64,000 bases of DNA from Geosiphon pyriformis uo1 (GCA_016748015.1 JAAOMT010000219.1:351617-415616), one strand, 5' to 3'; positions 12,408-26,763 are shown, counted from the stretch's first letter. The notes: generated by a model not told the origin, from the sequence alone. A program made the numbers and translations.

Positions 12408-13960
12408 ATGGGTGATTATTCATATCTGCCACAACAAACAGAAGAAAACTTTGAAGCACACAACAAAAACAATCTAAACTTTATTGAACTCAATCCTTTG
12501 TCCTCCTACTTGATTTGCTTCTCCATTGAAGAACAATCCAGCAGACAATTCCAAGACTTTTGAAACTGGTTCCTGAACGAGCATTTAGCTGAAACCTATA
12601 CAGCTTATACAACTTATTACTTTGACCAAGCTTATTTTGAAAACAACTTTGAAGAAAAAAACAACAGTATCAATCAGCTTTTATATTCTACAATCTTTGA
12701 ACAACAGTCCTTTGATTTCGAATATCTGAATCATCAAATCCACATTTGGATTGCTGTTCATCAATCAACAGAAACTTTTTTTGAAACAAAAGAAGAAAAC
12801 TATCAAACTGCTCCGGTTTTTGATCTCTTTTCAAGTGAATTAGAACACTCCACATAAACAGTTACATCTGAACCAATGGCTTAAGACCCTCTGCAACAAA
12901 ACATTCTGATCGCCCTCCAAGATATACAGACTGCTTTAAGGTGAAGAAACAACACCCCATTACCATTATTCAGAAGTGATGCCCAAGATTTAATTGAATG
13001 ACTAGATGATTTGAGAGAGCTGTTACAGCAAACCAATATAATAATGAATACAAGTTCTAAATCATTGGTGGCTATCTTCAAGGCTCTTCTGCTACTTGGT
13101 TCTTACAAGAAACCAATGCCAATGGTTAACAAAAAATTATTAGATGGGCACCAGCAAATACTAGAGAAGATAACACCTCTTTCACTACCCGGTTTGAAAT
13201 GAAATTTAGAACTTCCATCTTAATTTCAAAATGGCATATAGAATTAAAAAGAAGAACTTAAGGCCTTGGTAAAGTTGTGACAAAATATGCCAAAGCAATA
13301 AAAAAACTTATTAAACAGGTAGACTTTAAAAGAAATTAGACAGAAAAGCAAAAAATACATTCTTTCACAAAAAGATTGAGAATTGATCTATCATATGCTT
13401 TTTGGTCTCTTTTGGCCTTGAAAGATAATCCCACAATGGATATGGCCATTGAACTTGCTCAGAAAATAGAAAACAATCAAAGAATGTACTTAGGATCTAC
13501 ACTTCTAGTTTTTGCTCCTGCCCCTATTATGGCTCCTGCTCTCCAAATGGCTGCTATCTCTTTTGCTGTCTAAACTCAAGACCCAAATAAACAGTTAATA
13601 GATAGACTTACAGCTAATTTTGCCTGGCTATTAGAACCATTAGCCCAAGCAGTCAGAAACAACCAGCAATCCCAAAGACCCAGATTTGAATTCCGCTTCA
13701 ATCAGCCCCAGCAACCATCATATCAAAGACAACAAAATTATGGCCCACCTGTGTGCTATCACTGTGGGCTAACTAGACACTTTTCCAGAGACTGTAACAA
13801 TTCTCTATTGCCTCCTTTAGCTCCCAAAAATAATAACACCCAGAATAACAGACCCAACAATAATAATATTTCCAATTAAAGACCCAATCATGCCAACATC
13901 AATTTCTTTGGAGAGGATCCCTTAGTTGAAGCTACTGTTTATCAGCCTTTAAACTGGTAG
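12408..13960 (+). pseudogene. gag: gag pseudogene of A5
   Basis: ATG at 12408; capsid-like region; zinc knuckle CYHCGLTRHFSRDC; natural stop after ..YQPLNW at 13958-13960. Confidence 0.85.
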
Positions 13961-14000
13961 GCACACCTTCAAAGAGTAAGAGTGCAAGCCAACCAGAAGA
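13948..14000 (+). promoter_or_regulatory. Putative -1 ribosomal frameshift signal (T TTA AAC plus downstream hairpin)
   Basis: Heptamer is in the correct gag phase; the -1 frame is the pol frame of 14044-15045. Confidence 0.75.
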
Positions 14001-16466
14001 AAACCTCTTTTTTGCTTTTAACTTAACTAATAATGATCATGATATGGATGAACTGGCAATTAACACTTCTGAATTAACAAAAAAGAAGAAGAAAGCCAAG
14101 GTTGATTTCGTTATAGATTCAAAGAAAGCCTCCATATCAACTGCCAATAACAATGAACCACCAAAGACTAAAGTTTTTAAAAATTCTTCAAAGTTGGAAC
14201 CTCCAGAAATTGTACAAAAATTTGGACCCTATTTTTTTGTCAAGAATCTCATGGAAATGCCTGCACACATTACATTTGGCCAACTGATGACCCATCTACA
14301 GTTCAGAAAAGATCTTCACAAATCATTAATACCAAAGAAAAAGACACCAAAGACCAACAAACACCTTCGCCAAGCTGGACTTGCTGATAACAACAATGTT
14401 ACTCCTTTGATTTGTAAAGCCCAAGTGGCTGGTTACTTTATTGATCTGATCTTAAACAGTAGATTATCTGTTAGTGTAATTGCCAAACATTTTTTTGAAA
14501 CAATTGGCAGAAAGATTAATGAGTCTTTTACAAGACCAATAACTAATATACATGGTAACAAGAAGAAAGATCTGGGTATAGCCAAAGCTATTCCTGTCCA
14601 CATCAATGGTATCAGCATTAAAACTGATATGAAAGTATCTGAAGCAAAAGAGTACACCATAATTGTTGGTAATAAGTGGCTTAAGAAAGCCAAAGCACTA
14701 CTTGACTATGAACTTTGTGAGCTAATTATCAGATATGGTGAAAAGCCCATTGTAGTTAAGTGCTGTCATTGGACAACCTCTTCAGTACCCAAGCAAAACC
14801 AAGAAGAAGAAACAGATAAATCAAATGATGATGAGAGTGATGATGAAAATCAAAAAGAACAAGAAGAAACTGCTAAACTCGCCTATACCATCTTTACCAG
14901 CAATAACAAGCCACTGGACAATGTTAAAGCTAACAAAGAAGAAATTATGGTAAATGGCAAGCTGATTTGCTGGCCCTACTATGATATCTTTAGAAGAACC
15001 TTTGACAGAAAACCTAGCAAGAAAGCAAAATATAGTTATTGGTAGCATGGCTTTTGTGCATGGTGCTGGTGTAATAAATCTTTGTATTCACCAAATAATA
15101 AATGCAAATCCTGCCTAATCTATTACAAAGATTGGAAATCAATTAGCTTGATACTCAGAGAAGAATTAAAAGAAGTACAGAAGTCCTTTGAGAGTAAACC
15201 ACCTGAAATCCAATCACTAGTTGTAGAACAAAGAGAACCTTTCTTTGAAGAAAGGAAAGTGAACATTGAAAATCTGTTGGCTAAAAATAGCCCAGTTATC
15301 TCAAAAGAAGGTGATATTCCTGGATAAATCCATGTAATACAACACACTATCACCACCAAAAAAACTCACCCCATCCATTTAAAGCCTTATCAATCCAATC
15401 GACATAATAATAAGTTTATTAAGAAAGAGATAAACTGAATGAAAAATCTTGAATTCATATAAGAAACCAAGAGTGAATGGGCTTTTCCAGTTGTAGTGAT
15501 ATCCAAGAAAAGTGGAATCCTACACTTCTGTGTTGACTACTGCCAATTAAATGCCATCACTATAAGAGATATATACTCACTTCCCAAAATTGATGCAATG
15601 CTAGATAAATTCAATGATACTGCTTTCTTTTCAACCATTGATTTAACTGCTGAATTTTGGCAAGTAGAGATGGATTCAGAAAGCAGAAAAAAAACTGCTT
15701 TTATTACCAAGTATAGCACCTATAAATTCACAGTCATGTCTTTTGGTCTTACTAATGCTCCTCTTATCTTTCAATGCCTAATGGATAAAGTGTTTGAATC
15801 AGTAAAAGAAAACTTTGTTTTGGTTTACTTAGATGACATAATAATATATTCAAAAATCTGGGATGAAAACCTTAAACATTTACAAAAGGTTTTTGACCTG
15901 TTCAGAAATGCTGGCCTTAAGATCAACCCAATTAAATCTTTCTTTGGATGCCAATCCACCCAGTTTTTTGGTCATCTTATTACAAAAGATGAAATCTTCT
16001 TTGACCCAGCTAAGGTTGAAAAAGTCCAGAACATTAGACAACCAATAAATGTTTTTGAACTATGCTTTTCCTTGGTTTGGCCTCTTACTATCGCAAATTT
16101 ATCAAAGATTTTTTTAAAATTGCCTTTTCTCTTAATCAGCTACTCAGAAAGAATGTCAATTATTACTGAGGCACTTATTAACAAAAAGCTTTTGAATTTC
16201 TGAAGGAAAAACTTGTTACTGAACCAATTCTTAAACAATCTGATCTGAACCAACTTTTTATCCTTTACACTAATATATCTGGTTATGGACTTGGTGTTAT
16301 CCTTTTACAGAAAGATGAAAATGGCAGAGAACATACCATAGCATATGCCAGTAGATCTCTTATACCAGCAGAAAAGAACTATTCAGTTACTAAACAAGAA
16401 TGCTTAGCAGTAGTTTGGACTACTAGCTACTGAGATTAATATCTTCTTGGTGCAAAATTATTAGTA
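13948..16466 (+). pseudogene. pol: pol (PR, Cys-rich module, RT, truncated RNase H) of A5
   Basis: ORFs 14044-15045 and 15496-16203 (FCVDY, LVYLDDIIIYS); RNase H C-terminus deleted. Confidence 0.9.
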
Positions 16467-16484
16467 ACTTTTTCACAAACAAAC

Positions 16485-17804
16485 ATGATAATGGACTTGA
16501 ACAACTACTCTGCTTTAATAGAATTTTTGGATAAAAGACAATACCCACCAAAATACACTTGACAGCAAAGAAAACATTTGCACAAACAATCAAATTTCTA
16601 TTTGATCTGCCAGAATTAATTATACAAAAGAAACAGAAAAAATTCTGATCACTCTTAGAGAGTCATCAGATTTGAAGAAAAAAAAATTGTAATATACAAC
16701 ATGTATACTGACCCATTAGCTGAACACTTTGGAAAAACAAAAACAATTCAAAAAACTTTAGTTCATTATTATTGGCCTACTTTGGAAAAAAACATTGCTG
16801 AATACATCAAAACCTGTGACATCTGCCAAAGAAGAGACAAACCCAATCGCAAAGAAGATATCCATCCAATCTCTATTAGTCAACCATTTGACAGAATTGG
16901 TATAAATATTGTTGGACCTTTAACAATCACTCCTGATGGCAACAGATATATTATTACAGCTACTGACTATCTTACAAAGTGGGTAAAAGCAAGAGCCACT
17001 CCAGACCAAACAGCAGTTTCAATAGCCAATTTCATCTATGAAGATATCATTTGTTATCATGGCTGTCCCAAAAAACTTTTATCTAATAGAAAAAGAGCTT
17101 TTCTTAGTACACTGGTTAAAGAACTTTGTAGAAAAATAAGAATACGTTATAAACTTTCCTTTCTTTATTACTCCTAAACAAATGGCCTAGTAGAACATTT
17201 CAATAGAACACTATGTGAAACCCTAGCCAAGACCAGTAAAGAAACAAACTTATGGGACAAAGTACTGTCTTCAGCTTTGTTTGCTTATAAAACTGTGAAT
17301 CATGACATAACAAGTTATGAATCTTTTTATCTGCTCTATAGACACATAGCAACACTACCAATAAAAACTGATATTGAAACAATACCCTTTGAAGAGATTA
17401 CAATAGAAAATTACAAAGACATTTTGCAAAGAAGACTTGGTACTATTCTTGACTCCTTGGTAGAAGCACGAATAATTGCTTTTGAAAAAATAAAACAGTT
17501 CCAAGAAAAGCTTAAGAAAAAAAAAACCTATAAAACACTTTCTTTAAGTATTGATGACTTGGTATTAGAATACCATTTTGACAAAGACAATATTTATGGT
17601 GATAAATTTTCTAGCTGGTAGAAAAAACCCTTTATAGTCAACAAAGTTTTGAACAATGGTTCTTATATTCTTCAAGATCAATCCAGAACAATCTTCAATG
17701 ATCATCCTGTTTATGGTACATAACTCAAAAAATATCATAAACAATCTGATTGGTTGCCTATTGTAGTAATACTGACTTAAATAATCAGCAAAAATCAAGT
17801 ATAA
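16485..17804 (+). pseudogene. Integrase of A5
   Basis: HFG..CDIC; RIGINIVGP; TDYLTKW; NGLVEHFNRTL. Confidence 0.9.
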
Positions 17805-17845
17805 ATAAATGCACTATTCCCAAAACAGAGATATCTTCAATTAAC

Positions 17846-18502
17846 ATGAACAATTATTTTCTAGATCAAAACATTCAAAATGCCTTCTATACTCTTCATA
17901 AGTATTGGATTAAAAACTATCCAAATGCTATTCTAACCATTGGAAAACAAACCACTATAACTGATAACAATGAAACACATACTGTTATTAGACCAAAAAA
18001 AACTACTACCAAAAAAGAAAAAATTGGTAGTAAAATAGATAAATATCTGTTGAAAAGTATAACAGCAGCTATATTTTTATCTTTCAATACAATTAGAAAA
18101 ACACTTCAAGAAATCTTATCCATAGACAAAAACTTGTTATATGAAAAGCAATTAGAACTCTATGGTTACCTTGGTGAAATTATAGAGAATATGAAACTTA
18201 TGAAGTAAACAATTTCAGAGATACAGGCAAAAATTTTGGGTATTATATGGTTAGATGTTTCAAGAGTTTTAACTATTGCTAAAAGAGCCAAAACTCTAAT
18301 ACAAAAGTTTGGTCTCTTGGATACAAAACTCATTTTGCCTCAAGTGTTATATACTTTATCCACAAAAAACTTCAACAAACTAGTTAGCTTTGAGTTAGAT
18401 AAAACCCTTTAAATAGATTATCTTATGAATAGCTTGATTTCACCAGAGCTTAATTTCTTTGAAGAGGATGATGTTATGATTGAAACCTATACTTTTTATT
18501 AA
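17846..18502 (+). pseudogene. Family A ORF3 (218 codons) of A5
   Basis: ATG 17846 to TAA 18502 in one frame with internal CAA>TAA stops; runs through the PPT into the LTR. Confidence 0.8.
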
Positions 18503-19137
18503 TTATCACATGTATTAGCCACTAATGTCATATAAATTAGCCACTCTATTTTTGGAAAGTGATCATTAACCTGATCATTGATCTAGTTGTTGATCTGATC
18601 ATTGACTATTTTTGACAGCTATATAAGCAATAAATCTCTTAGCTATAGAAAAGCATGTAAAAATCAAAGAAATAAAGAAATAAAATAACAACTTCATTTC
18701 AATTCTTCTCTTATCACTAATTTCCCTTTCCCTACCTTTAAGTATCTGAACATCTTAAAGATAAAAGACTACTTGTTGGCATTTACCTATCCTTTTTCTG
18801 AAACATGTAATTGCAGCATTTAAAAACTATTGAATAAAACATAACTGAAAAGCACATTTAATACCTGATATTGAATTCTAAGAGTGCTAATGTGAGGCAT
18901 AGAATTATACTAGGTGTGATCAATTGTTGACAGTATGGACTATTTTTTTACCTTCAGATTCTCCAGTTATCCTTTAAAAAGTATAGTGACTGAGATATTT
19001 TATGAGACTAATCTCACACATTGAATCTATACTTATTTAATTCACTCTTTAAAGTTGAATTCTCTTTGATTATTTCCATTACCCTACAATTCTGTTCTCC
19101 CTTGCTATCTATTAGCTTATTATTCCAACCCATAACA
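18472..19137 (+). repeat. A5 3' LTR (666 bp)
   Basis: TGTTATG...CATAACA; one 11-bp repeat unit shorter than the 5' LTR. Confidence 0.95.
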
Positions 19138-22100
19138 GTATGAATCCAAGATTTTTTATCTGGTTTATCTCTTTTTTGATGAACTCATTATTGTATTAAT
19201 TGGATTGATAAGGCTTCAAATAGATAGGACAAGTTTTCTTGGTGGTGATGGTATGTTGTATCACATGAGTTTATCTAAGAGTATTACCTTCATTTAAGAT
19301 AACTGGGCTATTTTTAGCCAACAGATTTTCAATGTCCATTTTTTTTTTTCAGAAGAAGATTCTCTTTGTTCTACAACTAATAATTAGATTTCAGGTGGTT
19401 TATTCTCAAAAAACTTTTGTACTTCTTTTAGTTTTTCTCTGGGTATCAAATTAATTGACTTTTAATCTTTGTAATAGATTAGGCAAGACTTATATTCATT
19501 ATTAGAAGAATACAAAAGTTTATTGCACCAGCACCTGACACAAGGGCCATGCCACCAATAACTGTATTTTGCTTTCTTGTCAGGTTTTTTATCAAAAGTT
19601 CTTCTAAGTATATTATATTAGGGCCAGCAGATTAGCTTGCTATTTATTATAATTCCTTTTTTGTCAGTTTTAATATTGTCCAGTGGTTTGCCATTGCTAG
19701 TGAAGATAGTATAGGTAAATTTAGCAGTTTCTTTTTGTTCTTCTTGATTTTTTTCTTTATTATTTTTATCATTATCTGATTCATTTGATTGTTCTTCTTC
19801 TTGGTTTTGCTTGAGTACTGCAGAAGTTGTTCAATGATGGCACTTAATCACAATGGGCTTCTTACCACATCTGATGATTAGCTTACAAAGTTTATAGTCA
19901 AGTAGCACTTTGGCTTTTTTAAGCCACTTATTACCAACAATTATTGTGTACTCTTTTGCTTTAGATACTTCTATGTCAGTTTTAATGCTAATTCCATTAA
20001 TGCAAACAGAAATAACTTTGGCTATGCCCAGACTTTTCTTCTTGTCACTATGTACATTGGTCATTGGTCAAATAGAAGACTCATTAATCTTTCTGTTAAT
20101 TGCTTCAAGAAAGTGTTTGGCAATTACACTAACAGATAATCTACTGTCTAGGATCAGATCAATGAAGTAACCAGCCACTTGGGCTTTACAAATTAAAAGA
20201 GTGACATTGCTGTTGTCAACAAGTCTAGCTTGATGGGGATGTTTGTTGATCTTTGGTGTTTTTTTCTTTGGTATTAATAATTTGTGAAGATTTTTTCTGA
20301 ACTGTGAATGGGTCATTAGTTGGCCAAATGTAATGTGTGCTGGGATTTTCATAAGATTTTTAACAACAGAATAGGGGCCAGATTTTTGTACTATTTTTGG
20401 GGTTTTTAACTTTGGAGAATTTTTAAAAACTTTAGTTTTTAGTAGCTTATTGTTATCAGCAGTTGATGTGGATGCTTTTTTTGGATATAAAACGAAATCA
20501 ATCTTGGCTTTTTTTTCTTTCTTGTTGATTCAGAAGTGTTGATTGCTAGTTTATCTATGTTATGGTTATTATTAGTTAGGTTAAAAGCATAAAAGGGGTT
20601 TTTTTCTGGTTGACTTGCACTTTCACTCTTTGGAGATGTGTTTACCAATTTAAAAGCTGATAAACAATGGCTTTTACTAAAGAATCCTCTCCAAAAAAAT
20701 TGATATTAGCATGGTTAGGCCTTTGATTGAGAACATTGTTGTTAATAATTCTGTTGTTTTGATTGTTATTGTTTCTGAAAGCTGGAGGAGATAGAGAAAG
20801 ATTGTTGCAATTTCTGGAGAAATGTTCAGTTAATCTACAGCAATAACATACAGATAAACCACAATTTTGTTGTCTTTGATAAGGAGGTTGCTAAGACTAA
20901 TTAAAATGGAGTTCATATCTAAGTCTTTGTGGTTGCTGGTTGTCTCTGACTGCTTGGGCTAATGGTTTTAATAGTCAAGCAAAATTTGCTGTAAATTTAT
21001 CTATTAACTGTTTATTTGTGTCTTGAGTTTGGGTGGCAAAAAAAGTAGCAGCCATTTATGAAACAAGAGCCATAACAAAAACAGGAGCAAAAACTGAAAG
21101 AGTAGATCCCAGATGCATTTTTTGGTTATCTTTTATTCTCTAAGTAAGTTCAATAGCCATATCTATTGTAAGATTATTTTTTAAGACCAGGAGAGGCCAA
21201 AATGCATATGACAGATCTGTTCTCAATTCTTTTGTAAAGGAATGAATTTTTTGCTTTTTTGTCCAGTTTTTTTCAGAGTTTACTCTTTTAATTAACTTTC
21301 TGATGGCTTTGGCATATTCAATTACCACTTCACCAGGATCTTGGGTTTTTTTTTCTAGTTCTATGTACCATTTAGAGATTAGAATGGGAGTTCTAAATTT
21401 AGTTTTAAACCAGATTGTAAAAAAGATGTTTTTTTCTTTAGCATTTGTTGGTGCCCATTTAATGATTCTTTGATAAGCACCAACATTAGTTTTTTGTAAG
21501 AACCAAGTAGCAGAAAAGTCTTGGAGGTAGCCACCAATGATTTAAAACTTGTATTTATTATCATATTGGTTGGTTGTGGCAGTTCTTTCAAAATCATTTA
21601 ACTATTTGATTGGATCTTGTGCATTACTTCTAAATAAAGATAGTAGGGTGTTATTTTTTTGCCCTAAAGCAGTTTGTATGCCTTGGAGGGCAATCAGAAT
21701 ATTTTGTTGTATAGAGTCATTAGCCATTGGTTTAGGAGTAGCTGTTTGTGTGGAATGTTCTGATTTACTTAAAAAGAGATTAAAAACAGAGGCAGTTTAA
21801 TAGCTTTCTTCTTCTGTTTCAAAGGGTGTTTCAGCTAGCTGATAAACAGCAATCCAATTGTAAATTTGGTGATTTAGATATTCAGAATCAAGAGGCTGTT
21901 GTTCAAAAGTTGTGGAGTATAAAAGCTGATTGATGCTGTTGTTTTTTTCTTCAAAGTTGTTTTCAAAATAAGCTTGGTCAAAGTAATAAGTTGTATAAGC
22001 TGTATAGGTTTCAACTGAATGTTTGTTTAGGAACCAGTTCTAAAAGTCTTGGAATTATTTACTGAATTGTTTTTCAATAAAGAAGCAAATTAAGCAGAAG

Positions 22101-25100
22101 GACAAAGAATTGAGTTCAATAAAGTCTAGATTGTTTTTGTTGTGTGCTTTAAAGTGTTTTTCTGATTGTTGTGACAGATATAAATAATCACCTATACAAT
22201 AAAAAACAAAGTGGATTTTAACAATCTCACAAAGAGCACCACTTTTATGTTACAGGTTGGAGTAACAAGCTAATAGATAGCAAAGGAGAACAGAATTATA
22301 GAGTAATAGAAATAATCAAAGAGATTTCAACTTCAAAAAGCGAATTAAATAAGTATAGATTTAATGTGCAAGATTAGTCTCATAAAATATCTCAGTCACT
22401 ATACTTTTCAAAAAATAACTGGAAAATTTAAAGGTAGAGGAATAGTCCATACTGTTAACAAATAATCACACACTGATATAATTCTATGCCTCATATCAAT
22501 GCTCTTAGAATTTAATATCAAGTATCAGATATACTTTTCAGTCATATTTTATTCAATAATCTTCAAATGCTGCAATTACACATTTTAGGAAAAAGGTAAG
22601 AAACAATCAACAAGTAATTTTTTATTCCAAGATGTTTAGATACTTAAAAGTAGAAAAAAAGAAATTGGTGATAAGAGAATAATTAAGATGAAAGTTGTTA
22701 TTTTATTTATTTTTTTTCTTTTTTTGATTCTTATATGCTTTTCTACAGCTAAAAGATTCATTACTTATATAGCTATCAAAAATGGTCAATAATCAGATCA
22801 ACGACTAGGTCAATGATTAAGTCAATAATTACTATCTAAAAATAGTGTGACTAATTATATAATATTAGTGGCTAATATATGTAATAATTAATAAGAAGTA
22901 TAGGTTTTAACCATAACAATATAATGTAATAATATTTTGTCTTTAATTTTGAATTCAGCTGGTTTATTTAGTAATTAACTATTATATTTTTGTTTTTGTT
23001 TTTCTTGTAATTTTTTGATATATTTAACTGCTTTTTTTTTATTTTTTAAGATTTTTGTATAATTTAAAATATGTTTTCTGTTATTAATTTTATTAAATAT
23101 GTTAATATTTTTTTTATTGGTAATATTACTATTTTGTTATATACTAGTTTAAATAATATTACTTAAACAGTATCTTGTTTTATTGTTTAAAAAATAAATA
23201 GTACTAATAATATAAATATGTTTTATTCTTTTTGGTTTTTTTAATTGATTTTGGTTAATGTTTTATATAATATTCTATTAAATCTTTTGATTAAGCTATT
23301 TATTTGTGAATAATATAATAATAATAATTTTTTAACTCTAAATTTTTGGCTTAATTTTGCTAATATTCTGTTTACAAAATAGATTTTTTAATTTAATAAT
23401 AATTTTTTTAGATATTTAAGTTAACATATTAAGTTTTAATAAACAAACTTAACTATTAATTTTACATTAGCTTTTTGTATAGCTTTAATTTTTAGTTATT
23501 TTCTAAGATAATTTATAATAATAGTAATATATTGATTGTTTTTGATTATTATTAATAATAGTTTTACTAAATTGATTTTAATCTAATTAAATAATTGTTT
23601 AACTTTAATTGGTCTTAGTGGTTTGTTTGGTTTTATTCCTTTTTTTTTAATAAGTATTGTAACTTTACACATATTGTCATATATTTGAATATATTGTTGG
23701 CCAATGATATAATTGCTTAATTTTTTTTAATATTGACTTCTAATTAAAATATCTTATTATTAGATTTAAGTACATATTAAACAATATTGTTTTTTTTTCT
23801 GTTTTTTTATTACTCTTAATAAATTAGTTGGGTCTTGTTAATTTTTTTAATATAATATATTTTGGTAATTAATATAATATTTGGCTTGTTGATAAATTTT
23901 ATTTTGTTTATTTTGAGATAATTTTTTTTAAACTGTTTAATAATAATATAGTAAGCTAATTTTTAATAGTTTTTATTGTTTATTTTATTGTTTTGTTGTT
24001 GTTTTGTTGTTTTTATTTTTATGGTTGTTTTATTTGTAATAAACTATTAGTATTTTTATTTTTATTTTTAAGATATATTTTGTATTTAAAAAGTAAAAAA
24101 GCAGTCTTTTATTTAGCAATTATATTATCAGCTAATTTTTTTTTAACTAATAATGTCAATTTTTTATGATCAATATAGACATTAAATTTTTGGTATAAAT
24201 ATTTTTCTATTTAATTATAGCTTAATATATTGCTAAGTATTTTAATATTAGAATTCTATAATTTTTTTCTGTTAGACTTAAGTTTCGCTAATATATACTA
24301 TTAAGTACTTTTTTTATTTAATTTTTTTGGTGATAATATTGTTATTAATATTAATTTAAAAGTATTAATAATAATCATAAATCTTTTATTATGATTTAAA
24401 TATATTAGAATTAGAATTTATATAAGTTTTTGTCTTAATATTTTAAAAGCTTGTTATTATATATCTGTTTATTTATATTGAGCATCTTTGATTTGAAATT
24501 GTTAAAATAATTGTATAATTGTTAAAAAGTTTTGTATAAATTGTTTATAATATTTAGTTAATTCTAAAAAGTTTTTAAGTTTTATTAAATTTTTTGATTT
24601 TAAAAAGTTTTTTACTTTTTCAATTTTATTTAAATCTATTTTAATGCTTTTTTTTCCAATTATATATTCCAAAAATTTGAGTTCTGTTTTTTCAAAGAAA
24701 TATTTATTTGTATTTAAATTTAATTCAGCATATTTTAATCTTTTAAACATTTATTATAAATAGTAAAAATGTTTATTAAATATTTTTGAGAATATATTGA
24801 TATTATTTAAATAAACAATTACTGATTTTTATAACATACCAAAATAAATAATTTTTATTAGTCTTTGAAATATAATAAACATATTGATTAAACTAAGTAA
24901 TATTATTTTAAATTTAAAATTCTTTTTTTTTATTGTAAATGTTGTTTTCTTATTATTATTTAAATTTATAGCTATTTGTCAATAGTTATTATTTAGATTC
25001 AATATAAAAAAATTTTTTTTTTCAAATAAATTTAACAATTTTTAAATTTGTGAAGTTAAATAGTTATTACTATGAATAATATTATAAAGTTTCTAATAAT

Positions 25101-25486
25101 CTATACAAAACTAGATTTTTTTTATTTTTTTTTGTATTAATATTATTGATAATAACTATAAATTTATAAATAATTAAATTAATTTATTATCTAATATTTA
25201 ATTAAGTTTTTTGATAATTTTATAATTAATTAGTAGTATTTTATATGTTTTTTGCTTAATTGGCATTGTATTCTAGTTTTTATTTTGTGTTAAATTATAT
25301 TTGTTTTTCTAAATTTATTTTTACTTGCAAAAATATTGGTATATTATTTAAACAATACTTAGAGTTATATTTTTTGTAATTGGTTTAGATTTTTCAAGTT
25401 TATTTGTTCCAATTATTTTGATTAAAACAAATAATATTTGCTTTTTTAATCCCAAATTTGTAATATAAAATTTATATATCTATATA

Positions 25487-26763
25487 CAATATAGGACAAA
25501 AAAAATTAAACACAAAAAACTAATTATTATACTTTAATTAATAGACCAAATTTTACAAAAAATATATCATTAGAAAGATAAAAAGCACATTATTTTATTA
25601 AAAAAATTAATAGAATATTAATATGATATTTTTTCCCCCTTATTCATAATCACCATCTTACAATGCTATTTTATTGATTCTACTAACCTGATAAGAGTAA
25701 ATTCAAAAATCATCTGCTATTCTTTTTCCATAAACTGCATTAACTGGTCACAATTTTTGGGCATTCATTTTTCTATCTTATTCTTGACAATAACTCACAA
25801 GTTTTCAATAAAGTTCAAGTTGAGTGAATTGGCAGATCAGTTAAGAACATTATTAATATTAGCAGCTATAAAGGCTTGAGAAACTTTGTTTTTGTGTTTT
25901 GAATTGTTGTCTTGCTAGAATTACTACCTATGCTCAAACATTTTTCTAATTTTAGACAGATAAATACGAAGAATTTCTATGTAAAAATGACTATCTATTA
26001 TTCCAGTAAAATAAAATAAACTTGTTTTTCTTTCTTTATAAAAACCACCCCAAGCAAAGACTTTTGTTTGATTTTTTAGAATGGCATAGATGGGCCATAA
26101 ACCTTTATACCAACACTCTAATGTGTTTTAGAATAAACAAAAGACTATTTCATCTATAAAAACAGTTTGGTCCCAATTGTCATTCAAGTATTGGTAAGCC
26201 TATTTCAAATGTCTTTCTTTATGTTTAACAGTAAGCATTAGAATAGACCGAGAAAAAATTTTTTTTGTAACCAAGAAATGCTAAATGCCTTCCAATTGTT
26301 TTATAGAATACCTCTACATTTATTTTTGACAACTTTGTTGTCAAAGTTCTTGTTGAAATTGAGGAATTCCATTTGATGTATAATTGTAATACTTATGAAG
26401 CAACCCCTTTAATCTTTTTTGGCTGACCATTTCCACCTACATGCTCCACCACCCTGGTTTTTTTGAGTTTTTTAAGAATATTGTAAATAGTAGAACATAG
26501 TATATTTGTTTGCTTCTGTATTTTCATTGCAATTTGTATTTCTTGGTTCCAAAAATACAATACTGTTTGTTATTGTATTTTTTGCTTAGATGTTGTTATT
26601 TTTATACAAAAATTAAAAAAAAAGTAATAAAATCCACAAAAAAAATATATAAGCCAATAGTTACTTACTTTTGTATTTATTTTCAATTAACCTCGTTACA
26701 ATCTAACCAAAATTGGTTAAACTAGATCAAATCTTGTAAAATGCATTTTTTTGTTCCAGACTG
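25487..26763 (-). mobile_element. Tc1/mariner-superfamily DNA transposon, decayed
   Basis: TA TSD on both sides; imperfect TIR CAATATAGGACAAAAAA vs CAGTCTGGAACAAAAAA; internal transposase remnant. Confidence 0.88.
25620..26599 (-). pseudogene. Tc1-like DDE transposase pseudogene
   Basis: Manual translation gives HTH-like STIYNILKKLK..GNGQPKK, VFIDE, AWGGF, QQDNNSKH and SANSLNLNFIENL (decayed WPANSPDLNPIENLW). Not in the ORF track. Confidence 0.85.

Larger units (their letters stand above)
11679..19137 (+). mobile_element. Full-length (7459 bp) Ty3/Gypsy LTR retrotransposon, family A copy A5, decayed
   Basis: Two LTRs with TGTTA..TAACA ends; GTAT TSD (11675-78 and 19138-41); PBS; gag CCHC; PR-RT-RH-IN order; PPT. 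Confidence 0.96.
9399..22918 (-). mobile_element. Family A copy A4 (5' LTR 22248-22918, PBS, gag, PR, RT, partial RNase H), 3'-deleted; interrupted by solo LTR C and element A5
   Basis: Segments 9399-10235, 11629-11678 and 19138-22247 rejoin into one continuous reverse-strand gag-pol across two 4-bp TSDs. Confidence 0.88.

Noticed and set aside
17846-18502. ORF3 as an env gene
   Set aside because: No signal peptide, transmembrane helix or furin-site pattern is visible.
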